Position numbers and translations under genes: made by a program. The notes beneath the pieces are model-generated. The model ran no database searches. It saw only the letters and a program-made list of their open reading frames with translations, and was not told where the DNA came from. A DNA stretch of 64,000 bases, taken from assembly GCA_013343275.1 (NCBI GenBank), contig CP046106.1, positions 768,001 through 832,000 of the forward strand. Reading direction: 5' to 3'. Below, piece after piece: positions 1 through 9,790 of the stretch. This stretch comes from Candidatus Nanohaloarchaea archaeon. GTDB lineage: Archaea > Nanohalarchaeota > Nanosalinia > Nanosalinales > Nanosalinaceae. Within the stretch, counting starts at the first letter, position 1, and each line of letters starts with the position of its first letter.

Positions 1-1159
1 CCATGGAAAGCACCTCATATTCATCTTCCACAGCTTCTGAGGTCAGAACCATCTTCTCGTTCTTGTCCTCAACCTGAATGCTGTCGCGTCTAACATGGTA
101 TGTTGGAACTCTCTCCAGGCCTGAATCAATGTCTGATCCGGCCAGAATAAGGCCTGTCAGACTCCCGGAGTTGTACGGTACGAAGTCGAGGACAGAGTAG
201 TGGCCGTTCGGCTCTCCGGCCAGAGAAGCATCGACTTCAAGGGCCTCGTCCATTACGAAAGGATCTCCAACACGAGTATAGTAAATTTCGTGGCCGTTGC
301 TGCCTACAACATCTTCTACAGCCTGGGATGTATCTATAGAGGCTACTGTTGTTCCGGGAACTTTTTCCGCCATCAAGCAGAAGATTTCGCTCCCGGTGAT
401 AAACTCGCCGTTGTATAACGTTACCCTATCCGCATCCATGTCTGTGGCAATGCCTAGATCTGCGTTCTCCTGTTTCACTCGATCTTCAAGTTCTTCAAGG
501 TTCTCGGGCTTCGGATTTGGAGGATCCTGGTAGGGGTGTTTCTCTTTCTCCTCTGCAATATCTACTACTTCAGCTCCAAGCTCTTCCAGTGCCTCGGCCA
601 GGAAATCTGTGGCTGCACCACCAAGAGAGTCTACAACTATCTTTTTATCGAAGTCTCCGTCGCTGTACTTTTCAGCAGTCTCAATGAGTTCTGTCCGGTA
701 ATGATCTTTCATTGTTTCTGCTATGCTTTCTACAGTTCCTTCCCTGGCTGCAAAATCCTGGTTGCGGAATAAGTCTTTTACAGTATTCAAATCTTCATTT
801 ACAAATCCGTTACCTTCTGGGTAGATCAGCTTGAAACCGTTAAAGTTCAAAGGCATGTGTGAAGAAGTTACCTGGACTGCAACAGCATCTCTCTTCATAC
901 CTGAGAAAGCTGAGTAATCTGTAGGCCCGATGCCTGCGTCAAGAACTTTTACACCTGTAGATAGAAGGCCCTCGATCAATTTTTCCTTTAGAGGGCCTGA
1001 AGTTTCCTTGTTATCCCTGCAGACTACTACTTTGTCGCTAAAATTATTTTTTGCAAATGTTCCTATAGATTTTCCAAGTCTCTCCGCGAATTCTTCGTTC
1101 AGTTCTTCCGGGTATCGGCCGCGGATGTCGTATCTTTTGAAGACTTTCTCCGGCTTCAT
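1..1159 (-). CDS. Phosphomannomutase/phosphoglucomutase (phosphohexomutase family), runs off the window start
   Basis: Not in the ORF track. Manual translation from ATG at 1159 gives MKPEKVFKRYDIRGRYPEELNEEFAERLGKSIG, followed by VTSSHMPLNFNGFK (phosphoserine loop) and ATDMDADR (metal loop). Confidence 0.9.
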   Translation of the reverse strand, partial: MKPEKVFKRYDIRGRYPEELNEEFAERLGKSIGTFAKNNFSDKVVVCRDNKETSGPLKEKLIEGLLSTGVKVLDAGIGPTDYSAFSGMKRDAVAVQVTSSHMPLNFNGFKLIYPEGNGFVNEDLNTVKDLFRNQDFAAREGTVESIAETMKDHYRTELIETAEKYSDGDFDKKIVVDSLGGAATDFLAEALEELGAEVVDIAEEKEKHPYQDPPNPKPENLEELEDRVKQENADLGIATDMDADRVTLYNGEFITGSEIFCLMAEKVPGTTVASIDTSQAVEDVVGSNGHEIYYTRVGDPFVMDEALEVDASLAGEPNGHYSVLDFVPYNSGSLTGLILAGSDIDSGLERVPTYHVRRDSIQVEDKNEKMVLTSEAVEDEYEVLSM

Positions 1160-1161
1160 GT

Positions 1162-1641
1162 CTATCTATCCTCCAGAAATTCCAGTAAATCTTTTACTGA
1201 GTCGTCAGGCCTCTGAAAATGGAAACCTTCTACTCCTGCATCTTCAATTTCCTTTTCAAGGTCGTCTACAAGGAATTCAATGCCTTTCACGTCCTTGGAT
1301 TTTTCCTGCACAACTACGTGATCTTCAACAAATTTCAGCGCGCCTGAGCGCTCTACTTTCTCTTCCTGGAAGACCGGATCTCCTCTTGTAACTATGATAA
1401 ACTCGTGCTCAGACTCTTCCAGAAGTTTGATATCTTCGTATAGATACTCCGAGGCCTTGTCCAGGCTTTCCATTATTTTCTTCACAGAGATCCCGAGTTT
1501 CTCTGCGTGCTTCTCAGGGCTGTAAACTCCGTCAATCTTCGAGTATGTTTCCTGAAAGTTCTCTATCTCTGAGAAAAGCACTTCTTCCTTGAACTCGTCG
1601 GTTCTGAAAAGCACTCTGTCGAAATCAATACCTATTCTCAC
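1162..1641 (-). CDS. HAD-superfamily hydrolase-like protein
   Basis: IGIDFDRVL (motif I), IVTRG (motif II) and LVDD (motif IV); overlaps the upstream gene in an operon. Confidence 0.65.
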   Translation of the reverse strand: MRIGIDFDRVLFRTDEFKEEVLFSEIENFQETYSKIDGVYSPEKHAEKLGISVKKIMESLDKASEYLYEDIKLLEESEHEFIIVTRGDPVFQEEKVERSGALKFVEDHVVVQEKSKDVKGIEFLVDDLEKEIEDAGVEGFHFQRPDDSVKDLLEFLEDR

Positions 1642-2837
1642 ACTACACCGCCATCTTTCCAGGTTCTACCACTTGGAACATTTTTACCGACTTTCTCGCC
1701 GCTGTCAACAGACGCGTCAAAACCAATCTTTCGGCCTGGCTTGATAGAGGTGTTAACCCCAATCTTGGCCTCCGATCCAATAATCGCACCCATCTTTCTC
1801 ATGCCTGTATCCATAAGCTCCCCCTTAACTGCCATTCTGACTGTAGCATCGTCGTTTCTCAGGTTAGCTGTCTTTGCGCCAGCCCCGATATTCACGTTTT
1901 TACCTATGTAGGAATCTCCTACATAACTGAAGTGGGGAACTGCCGAGCCTTCTCTGATTACAGTATTCTTAACCTCGGATTTTCCAACTTCAACGTTTTC
2001 ATGCAGGACTGTGCCCTCTCGTATGTATGCGTCGGGCCCTACTTCTGCACCTGATCTGATTATCGCCGGACCTTCAATTACGGAATGCTCTTTTACCTCG
2101 GCGCCTTCTTCTACTATAACATCCTCTTTAACGACCGCAGTTTCGTGAACTTCGCCATCGATACTCTGCTTTATATTTTCCAGTAGAGAACTGTTGGCCT
2201 CTACCATCTGCCATGGATAGCTGCATGGAAGCCATTCATCTGTTTCAAGGATTTTGACTTCTTCCTCTGCGATATACATGCTCAATGCGTCCGTTATCTC
2301 GTATTCTCCTCTCTGCGAGATCTCTACGTCCTCCAGGAGTTCGAAGAATCTCGGCTTTACAAGGTAGCAACCAATGTTTACGAGGTCGGATGGAGGTTCA
2401 TCCGGTTTTTCTACTATTGATTTAACCTCTCCATCCATTGTGTCCAGCACTCCGAAGTTTTCTGGATTGTCCGCTCTTGCAGCTGCAAAGGCTGTTTCAT
2501 GCTCCTTGATCTGTTTAATTGAGCTACCGTAGATATCGTCGCCGTTCATGATCAATGTTCTTTCATCGATAAGATCACGGGCCTGGAGAGCAGCGTGCGC
2601 GGTGCCCTGAGTCTCTTCCTGCTCTACAATTTTCACAGAAGTGTTTGAGAAGTATTCTTCGAACTGTTCGATTTCGTATCCAGCGACGACTATAATCTCG
2701 TCGACAAAATCCTGGATCAAATCGATATTGTGCTGAATGATCGGTTTGCCAGCTACAGGTAGAAGAGGTTTTGGCGTGTCCTCGGTTAGAGGCCTCATTC
2801 GAGTTCCTTCGCCGGCTGCAAGTATTACTGCCTTCAC
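1638..2837 (-). CDS. glmU: Bifunctional sugar-1-phosphate nucleotidyltransferase/acetyltransferase (archaeal GlmU-like)
   Basis: KAVILAAGEGTRMRPLT-PKPLL motif, VEKP, SQRGEYEITDA and a C-terminal hexapeptide repeat with HFSYVGDS; start moved to GTG 2837. Confidence 0.85.
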   Translation of the reverse strand: MKAVILAAGEGTRMRPLTEDTPKPLLPVAGKPIIQHNIDLIQDFVDEIIVVAGYEIEQFEEYFSNTSVKIVEQEETQGTAHAALQARDLIDERTLIMNGDDIYGSSIKQIKEHETAFAAARADNPENFGVLDTMDGEVKSIVEKPDEPPSDLVNIGCYLVKPRFFELLEDVEISQRGEYEITDALSMYIAEEEVKILETDEWLPCSYPWQMVEANSSLLENIKQSIDGEVHETAVVKEDVIVEEGAEVKEHSVIEGPAIIRSGAEVGPDAYIREGTVLHENVEVGKSEVKNTVIREGSAVPHFSYVGDSYIGKNVNIGAGAKTANLRNDDATVRMAVKGELMDTGMRKMGAIIGSEAKIGVNTSIKPGRKIGFDASVDSGEKVGKNVPSGRTWKDGGVV

Positions 2838-2889
2838 GGTTGCACCTACCAATGTTAATGAGAGGAATGCTTAACTTTCTAATCAATCT

Positions 2890-3984
2890 TTACTTGCTGA
2901 TCTCGGATAGATCGGTCCTGGCATCAGGTACGAACTTCACGCCACGGATTGAGTTGTTCATGTCGACAAAGCTGCGTGCACCGATGAATGATTCTCTGAT
3001 GACTGAGCCTGACTTGAAGTCTCCTTCCTCGCCGATAATACAGCCTTCGATCATGACGAACGGGTCGACAATATTTTCCTCGAATAGTATGCTTCCGTCG
3101 ATCTCTGCGTTCCTGACCTGTGCGCTTTCTCCGACAGTGGAGTTCCTGATAACGGTGTTCGGGCCGACGACTGTGTTCTCTCCGATATAGCATTTTCCTT
3201 CGATAACTGTGCCTTCCTTCACTTCTGCCCCTGGCTCAACGACAGCATCACCTACTATTTCGGCTTCCTGGCTGACATCGGCATCCGGATTGATCTCTGT
3301 CTCACTGATCTCTTCTCGCTTAATTCTGTCGGCTTCCTGAAGCTTCCTAGGCCCGCCTATATCGAGCCAGTAGTTCTCGATCATCTCGAAATAGGCCTCA
3401 CCTTTTTCCGCGAACTCTGAGACTGCATCGGTCAGACTGCTGGATTCAAGGCCTTCAATAGTATCGAAGATCTCCGGATTCAGAATATAGATGCCTGAGT
3501 TCACGAGGCTGTTATCCGCCTCCTCCGGTTTCTCGGTGATGGAGTTCACCTGGTCGTGCCGGATGCTGAGCACTCCGAACTTCTCGGGCTTGTCCTCGTG
3601 AGCTGCCAGGATCGAGGCCTTGCCGCCGCTTTCGTCGTGTTTGTCTTTCAGGTTCTGTAGATCGGTCTCTGAGATCATTACGTCGCCGTTGACAACGAAG
3701 AAGTCTTCTTCAATAAAATTACAGGCCTTTACTGCGTCGGCTGTGCCTCCAAGTTCTTCCTGGTGTACAATATTGATGTTTGTGTATTCTTCGAATCTTT
3801 CCTCGAACTGTTCTTCGAGATGGTTGGTTACAAGGTAGATGTCGTCGACTCCGATCTCTTCCAGGCTTCTGATCAGGTGCTGGACAAGTGGCTTTCCTCT
3901 TACAGGCAGTAGAGCTGTTGGCTTGGTTTCGGAGAACGGGAACATTCCTTCCTTCTTTTTGGCGCAGGGTATTACAGCTTTCAT
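2890..3984 (-). CDS. Nucleotidyltransferase plus hexapeptide-repeat paralog with degenerate active-site loop
   Basis: Same architecture as its neighbour (GTADA, NGD, FGV, EKP, WLDIG), but the loop reads PCAKKKEG instead of AAGxGTR. Confidence 0.75.
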   Translation of the reverse strand: MKAVIPCAKKKEGMFPFSETKPTALLPVRGKPLVQHLIRSLEEIGVDDIYLVTNHLEEQFEERFEEYTNINIVHQEELGGTADAVKACNFIEEDFFVVNGDVMISETDLQNLKDKHDESGGKASILAAHEDKPEKFGVLSIRHDQVNSITEKPEEADNSLVNSGIYILNPEIFDTIEGLESSSLTDAVSEFAEKGEAYFEMIENYWLDIGGPRKLQEADRIKREEISETEINPDADVSQEAEIVGDAVVEPGAEVKEGTVIEGKCYIGENTVVGPNTVIRNSTVGESAQVRNAEIDGSILFEENIVDPFVMIEGCIIGEEGDFKSGSVIRESFIGARSFVDMNNSIRGVKFVPDARTDLSEISK

Positions 3985-3990
3985 AATTGA

Positions 3991-5244
3991 TCAACCGGCG
4001 ATAGTGCTACTTTTCTCTGCGTCAGGAATTTTTTTATCTTCAATTACTTTCTGCCGCATGATTTTCTGGGCCTTCTCCAGCTCGTCGAAGAACTTGCCCG
4101 AGTTATCTACGGTCTCCGTCCTTATGTCGAACAGGAGATCCATGAACTCCTCGGTCTCTCTTTCCGATACGCTGTCGTCTCGCTCTCCGGCCGCATTCAG
4201 CACACCTTTCTTCAGTACACGGTAGAGCTGGTCATGCATCAGATCGGGTACGTCAACTTTCTCACCGGAGTCGAGATTGTAAAGCTCGCCGTGAAGAAGG
4301 TCTCCAAGAAGATTAACCTCTCCCTCAACCACGAAGAAACGGCACTCCTCGTCGGAGAAGGCCTTTTCGCCTGCCTTGCTGTAGCTTTTATCAGATAGCT
4401 CCAGTCCGTGATCCTTCTCTATTTCCTTGCTGTCGGAGCTGAGGCCTATCCAGCTGGAATACATCTCTATATCAGTATCTCCTGCTGAAATGCTTGCTGA
4501 GGTCCTTGCAGTGGCAGCCTCCTCTATTTCCTGTGTCTTGCTACCTTTCAGGGTCATCATGCTGTCAGATCCTGCAGTTTTCGGCATGAAAAGTGATTCG
4601 GCATCTTCCAGCGATAGTTCTTCCTCGTTACCTGAGGCCTCGAGAAGATCCAGCAGGTATATCTCGTTGATCATCTTGTCAAGTATATCGCCGCCTTCCG
4701 TACCTGAGAACTTTGCAGGATCCAGAGATTTCTGAACTCCTGCCGTGCTCTCCCTGAAGGCCTTTAAATTATCTATTTTCTTTCCTTCTACCATTTCCAG
4801 TGCTTTCTGCACTACAGGGCTTTCTCTCTCGATGAAATCTACCTTCCACATCACGTCTTCCTGCTCGGCCAGTTTCTTCTCCTGCTTGTGCTGTTCCCGG
4901 GTCAGTGAAGGAGGTCTTTCAGCTATATGGAAGAAGTTCCTCCGCAGCGATTCATAGATATGTGTCGAGTGAGTGGCTGAGTTGCTGGCATCGTACACCA
5001 GAACCGGCGCATCATGTTTCTCCGCATGACTGTACATCTCGTCGGAGTCCTGGAATGTTTCAATATCTATATTGTTGGCCTCGGCAAACTTCTCCGCATC
5101 CTCCAGTCTCTCGAAATCTCTGTCGCATACGCCTGCAAGCTCCAGGTCGGCCTCCTGAAGATGGTTGTGCATATCTACAAACTTCTCGAAACCGTACCTT
5201 CCGAAGCTGCCGACACCTATCTGGTAAACTTTGACCTCTGTCAC
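3991..5244 (-). CDS. Gfo/Idh/MocA-like oxidoreductase (divergent)
   Basis: Rossmann IGVGSFG, ERPP at the EKP position, and GGDILDK. Confidence 0.6.
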   Translation of the reverse strand: MTEVKVYQIGVGSFGRYGFEKFVDMHNHLQEADLELAGVCDRDFERLEDAEKFAEANNIDIETFQDSDEMYSHAEKHDAPVLVYDASNSATHSTHIYESLRRNFFHIAERPPSLTREQHKQEKKLAEQEDVMWKVDFIERESPVVQKALEMVEGKKIDNLKAFRESTAGVQKSLDPAKFSGTEGGDILDKMINEIYLLDLLEASGNEEELSLEDAESLFMPKTAGSDSMMTLKGSKTQEIEEAATARTSASISAGDTDIEMYSSWIGLSSDSKEIEKDHGLELSDKSYSKAGEKAFSDEECRFFVVEGEVNLLGDLLHGELYNLDSGEKVDVPDLMHDQLYRVLKKGVLNAAGERDDSVSERETEEFMDLLFDIRTETVDNSGKFFDELEKAQKIMRQKVIEDKKIPDAEKSSTIAG

Positions 5245-5324
5245 ACGTAAGAATTTGGTTTCAAGGGATTAAAACTTCTGCCAACCGATAAAAAACTTTG
5301 CAGTTTTATTATCTGTGAGTAACA

Positions 5325-5783
5325 ATGAGCGATGGTTCTGAAGGTTCGAAGGAGAAAACAGTGTCTGTCAGAGACACTCCTGAGAATGTGGACATCACGT
5401 ATGAACTTCTGGAGGATTCAGATATGTCGATGAGCGACTTCATCAGAACCTCAATGGAGCTCTACCGTGAGGACGAAGACTTCCGGCAGGGCATCAACAG
5501 CTACTGGAACAATGAAGTGGACTCTCTGACAGATTTCTACGACTCAGAGGAAGAAGCACTGGAGGATCTGGCCGGAGCCGTCCAGGAAGAGGCCGAATAC
5601 CTGGATCCGGAACATGTCGACTCGGCGCTCACAGGACTGATGGAGGGCCTCTACAGCAGGGATAGGGAACAGGTATCGGAGGCCGCTAAATATTTCGGAG
5701 CCATGGATCCTGATCTAGGGGTTACTGTGGCCTGGGGTGCAGGAAAATTTGCCGAAGATTACTGGGAAGACTCCTCGAAGTAG
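5325..5783 (+). CDS. Acidic protein with N-terminal ribbon-helix-helix-like segment
   Basis: KTVSVR strand followed by a helix and SMSDFIRTSM resemble CopG/RHH regulators. Confidence 0.45.
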   Translation: MSDGSEGSKEKTVSVRDTPENVDITYELLEDSDMSMSDFIRTSMELYREDEDFRQGINSYWNNEVDSLTDFYDSEEEALEDLAGAVQEEAEYLDPEHVDSALTGLMEGLYSRDREQVSEAAKYFGAMDPDLGVTVAWGAGKFAEDYWEDSSK

Positions 5784-5834
5784 GATACCCTATATAAAAT
5801 TTAAGTTCACGATTTTGTTCACGAGGTATTAATA

Positions 5835-6356
5835 ATGGGAGATAGGCCTGCACGAATTTACAGAGAGCACCCGGGTCAGCCGTATACTCGGCAGAGCCAG
5901 AAAAAGAAAGATAATTACATCAAAGGAGCTCCAGCTCCAAGAATAACACAGTTCGAGCAGGGAGCAAAGAAGAAGGAGTTCCCGAAGTCTCTTGAACTCA
6001 GAATCGAGGAAGAATGTCAGGTAAGAAGCGAGGCTCTGGAGGCAGGCCGTGTAGCAGCAAACTCTCACCTCAGCAAGGTTCTCGACCCTGAGGAAGGATA
6101 CTTCCTGAAGATTATACCTTATCCTCACCACGTTCTACGATACCACCCTCTTGCAGGAGTAGCACAGGCGGACCGTTACTACGAAGGTATGCGTAAGCCT
6201 TTCGGACGACCGATCGGCCGCTCCGCACTTGTAAACGAGGATCAGGCTATTATCCGTGTAGAAGTCGGAGAAGAAGACGTCGATGAGGCACGGAAGGCTC
6301 TCGAGCGTGCAGGCGACAAGATGCCTGTAACATGTAGAGTCAGGGTCGTAGAGTAG
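5835..6356 (+). CDS. rpl10e: 50S ribosomal protein uL16 (L10e)
   Basis: RPARIYR, EALEAGRVAAN, YPHHVLR and ADRYYEGMRKPFGRP motifs. Confidence 0.97.
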   Translation: MGDRPARIYREHPGQPYTRQSQKKKDNYIKGAPAPRITQFEQGAKKKEFPKSLELRIEEECQVRSEALEAGRVAANSHLSKVLDPEEGYFLKIIPYPHHVLRYHPLAGVAQADRYYEGMRKPFGRPIGRSALVNEDQAIIRVEVGEEDVDEARKALERAGDKMPVTCRVRVVE

Positions 6357-6410
6357 AGAAACCCTCTTTTCCCCTTAACTATTAATCCGGCCTCTCCACA
6401 AATATTTTCT

Positions 6411-7991
6411 ATGGTTCAGTGGAAAGGCGAAATAAGTAAAGAGAAATCCGGCCGGAAAGCCGCACTTCTAGACCAGGTTTCCGGACTGAACGTACCTAAC
6501 TTCTTCACACTCACAAAGAAAGATGTAGAAACACTTGTAGGTGATGCACAGGATCCTGAACAGGTACTCAACACCAATCTATCCTCAGATATTATAGATG
6601 AGATAAGATCGGCGTACAAACAGATAGGGATGAGCTCAGAGGTCAGAGAGGCCTCTGGGAAGGCAAAAAGCCTGGTAGGAGGCCAGAGAGATACCGGTCG
6701 CGTTGCCATAAGAGTTTCAAACGATACACGCGGAATATACGACTACAAACTGAACGTAGGCCTTTCCAACATTGAGAACGCTTTGAAGAAAGTGATCTCA
6801 TCGTACTACAGGAAAAACGACAGTGGTTCTCCGGCTATAATAGTGCAGAAAATGGTGGAGCCAGGTCATACTGGCGCTGCAATAAATGGATATCTGGGCA
6901 ACTACACGCTGGTTGAATCAGTGGAAGGCCTGGGGATTTCTCTTGAAGAGGGTATTACGTCTCCAGAGACCTATCTTGTCGGCAACAATGAAGTGATCGA
7001 CGATAACGCGCCGGAATCGCAGATAAAAATTACCAGAAACCCGATGAACGGCCAGCACAGGAGGAAGAGGACGGGAGGTGACTCTACTTCCATACCGCAC
7101 TCCAAGATAACTGAGATGTGCGAGGAACTGGCTGACAACAACTACAGCATAAAGTTCGTGTACAAGAGAGGCACTTTCTACGTAGTGGATGTCTTCCAGA
7201 CGGAAAAGGACTACAACCCGTTCGAATCAAACAAGCCATCGCTCAACGCAGTCAGGGTCAGCCCTGGAAAGATAGAGGGCAGAGTAGGCAGAGATATCAG
7301 ATTCTCCGAGCAGACACATCCGCCCGAGTCCTACAGCAAGGCCCTTATCGCAAGGAAAGGAGGCTTTACCTCGACCGATGCACAGAAAGCGAGGAAGGAA
7401 GGAAAGCCGGCGATCTTCAACTACAGCGGCGAACTGGAAGAAGGCCAGAACCTGACAGTAGAGGAAGGTTCTGTAGAGATACAGCAGAGTAAGGGCCGCA
7501 GAAACAGTCGGGGCGGAAACCGCTCCCGCAGATCGACCTCGCGAGAAGAGAGGCCTAGAGAAGACAGTTCTTCACCTGCTTCACTGTCTGAAACAGTATC
7601 TGCTACAGAGGTCCTGCCGATCGATGGCAACGGCCGATCAGTCCATCTCTCACCTCCGTTCGGAGAAGGATACTCTGTAGGATACAGCGACAGGGAAGGT
7701 GCTGTCTCTTCCGAAGGATACCTCACAGAGTACTCCGAGGTGTTCGCATTCGATGGCAAAAAGGCAGTCCTCGATGCGCGGAAACTCTCTGACAGAGGCC
7801 TGGAAGAGGCTGTACGCTACCTGGACGCAGATCTGAAGATTCTTCTGGTCGAACAGCCAGATCAAGGCCTGGTAAGAGAAGCTGTACGGCAGAGATTTGA
7901 TGTAATTGCCTCGCAGATAGATCTGGATACGCTGGAGAAAGCAGTTCTGCGTGAGGAGAAGAAGTTCATCATGGATAATCTTGCTGATTAA
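6411..7991 (+). CDS. PEP synthase/pyruvate-water dikinase-like protein, degenerate and lacking the catalytic His
   Basis: GRKAALL, VPNFF, AIRVS, AIIVQKMV and EGLG match the PPDK_N domain; the swivel motif reads GGFTSTDAQKARKEGKPAI. Confidence 0.65.
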   Translation: MVQWKGEISKEKSGRKAALLDQVSGLNVPNFFTLTKKDVETLVGDAQDPEQVLNTNLSSDIIDEIRSAYKQIGMSSEVREASGKAKSLVGGQRDTGRVAIRVSNDTRGIYDYKLNVGLSNIENALKKVISSYYRKNDSGSPAIIVQKMVEPGHTGAAINGYLGNYTLVESVEGLGISLEEGITSPETYLVGNNEVIDDNAPESQIKITRNPMNGQHRRKRTGGDSTSIPHSKITEMCEELADNNYSIKFVYKRGTFYVVDVFQTEKDYNPFESNKPSLNAVRVSPGKIEGRVGRDIRFSEQTHPPESYSKALIARKGGFTSTDAQKARKEGKPAIFNYSGELEEGQNLTVEEGSVEIQQSKGRRNSRGGNRSRRSTSREERPREDSSSPASLSETVSATEVLPIDGNGRSVHLSPPFGEGYSVGYSDREGAVSSEGYLTEYSEVFAFDGKKAVLDARKLSDRGLEEAVRYLDADLKILLVEQPDQGLVREAVRQRFDVIASQIDLDTLEKAVLREEKKFIMDNLAD

Positions 7992-8017
7992 AAAGAATTC
8001 GCTCTCATTCAAACTAT

Positions 8018-9028
8018 ATGACAGAAGAAAAATCCGAGGCCGAACGCAACCAGTGGAACTACGAATCAATCGAAGAAATTCTCGAAGCAATTGAAGACAA
8101 GGATCACGAAAAGATTGGTCTACAGGGCCCTGACGGCATCAAGCCTCAGATAATTGAATACGCACAGAAGCTTGAGGAAAGAGGTTACGAAACAGTAATT
8201 ATCGGGGCCTCGACATTCGGAGCGTGCGGAATTGCCGATGAGAAAGCCGAGAGAATGGGTGCCGACGCACTGATCCACGTAGGCCACACACGTTTCCTGC
8301 ACCCTGAGAAGGCCGACATGGACGATATCAATGTTTACTACCTTCCTTACCGGGAGGATCGAGATCTCATGAGCGTTCTGAAGAACCACTACGACGAGAT
8401 AGATGAAGACGAAAAGATCGGTCTGGTAGGAGTCACACAGTACATGGACAGAGCGGAAGAAGCCCGAGAGTTCCTGGAAGAGAAGGGATATGAAGTTGTA
8501 GAAGGCAAGACAGGCCTGAGAACTACTGAGGTCGGCCAGGTGCTTGGATGCGATGCAGGAGCAGCCCACAATATTTCTCACAAGGTTGATGCGTTCGTAT
8601 TCTTGGGATCAGGCCATTTCCATCCTTCACAGGTTTCCGAGACGGGGAAGAAGGTCTATGTAGTCGATCCTTACGAAGAGCATATCTGGGTTGAACCAGC
8701 GAACTCTCTGGACGATGAGAAGAGGGCGGAGTACGCACGTGTAATGAAGCACAAGGACAAGAAGAAATGGGGTATCGTAACCTCCAGCAAGAAAGGCCAG
8801 AACTATCAGCAGGCAGTCCAGATCGCAAAAGAGAAGCTGGAGAAGCATGGAAAAGATGTCTACGTATTTGTAGAGGACAGGATCTTTGAATCCGACTACA
8901 AAGGCTTCGGAATCGACATCTACGTAAACTGTGCCTGTCCAAGAATGACAAAAGACTGGCAGGACCTCGCATTCGTATCAACACAGGCCCTCGATGTTCT
9001 TGACGAAGCGGAAATCAACCACGACTGA
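8018..9028 (+). CDS. dph2: Diphthamide biosynthesis radical-SAM enzyme Dph2
   Basis: LQGPDG, FGACG, HVGH, GQVLGCD, GSGHFH, KKGQ and ACPR; all three Fe-S cysteines present. Confidence 0.93.
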   Translation: MTEEKSEAERNQWNYESIEEILEAIEDKDHEKIGLQGPDGIKPQIIEYAQKLEERGYETVIIGASTFGACGIADEKAERMGADALIHVGHTRFLHPEKADMDDINVYYLPYREDRDLMSVLKNHYDEIDEDEKIGLVGVTQYMDRAEEAREFLEEKGYEVVEGKTGLRTTEVGQVLGCDAGAAHNISHKVDAFVFLGSGHFHPSQVSETGKKVYVVDPYEEHIWVEPANSLDDEKRAEYARVMKHKDKKKWGIVTSSKKGQNYQQAVQIAKEKLEKHGKDVYVFVEDRIFESDYKGFGIDIYVNCACPRMTKDWQDLAFVSTQALDVLDEAEINHD

Positions 9029-9076
9029 GCTCTCCCGACAGAGATAAAAAGCTTATTTGTTATCTTTTAGTCATAA

Positions 9077-9310
9077 ATGTCTTTTCTCGGGGTTGGTTAC
9101 GGCGACAGGTTTAACGGCCAGCACAAGACTGTGTTCAGGAACAGAGATGAGCTGATATACACTGCCAATCCGGACGATCCGATGTCTGTCATCGGCGATG
9201 AGGAATGGTATGATGAGGCCGCGCTTCAGGTAGAGGTCTGGGAGCACAATATAGACAGCCTTCAGGACGCAGGCCTCCCTCTCACCTTCCATGATATGAG
9301 CCTGATATGA
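9077..9310 (+). CDS. Hypothetical protein
   Basis: Acidic ORF with AT-rich upstream sequence and ATGA overlap with the next gene. Confidence 0.5.
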   Translation: MSFLGVGYGDRFNGQHKTVFRNRDELIYTANPDDPMSVIGDEEWYDEAALQVEVWEHNIDSLQDAGLPLTFHDMSLI

Positions 9311-9741
9311 TGTTCTACGAGGTAGATGACGACAGGATAGATGGCAAGCTCATGGCGCCCGCAGTAAGAGTGCAGGACTACCAGTGGGTTGAACCCTACG
9401 ACAAACAGACAAGTTTTGAGGAAATCAGCGACAGCGAGGAACAGCAGATCAGATGGATGCAGGAAACACTAGACGAACTGATAGAAGATGGAGAGATCGC
9501 AGTACAGGAAAGAGAACTGGCAGAAAACGACTACCGGGGCCCGGGCTGTCTGAGACAGTGGGGCAGAACCGAAGACAGAAAGGTGTATCTTCTGGAATTC
9601 GGAGAGTTCCACAACCAGCTAGAAGGCCCGTACACTGGAGAACAATTCCTCGAGGAACACGAGATAGAAAGAAAGAAGCACGGAGTCAGATCGCCAATAA
9701 TGCTGGGAGACATGCCCGGGTTCTCGTGGAAAAGAGACTAG
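9307..9741 (+). CDS. Hypothetical protein
   Basis: Acidic 144 aa ORF with host-like codon usage. Confidence 0.6.
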   Translation: MMFYEVDDDRIDGKLMAPAVRVQDYQWVEPYDKQTSFEEISDSEEQQIRWMQETLDELIEDGEIAVQERELAENDYRGPGCLRQWGRTEDRKVYLLEFGEFHNQLEGPYTGEQFLEEHEIERKKHGVRSPIMLGDMPGFSWKRD

Positions 9742-9790
9742 GTCTTTCTACACCACAACCTTTTTATGTTGTCATGAGTAAGTAACAACT

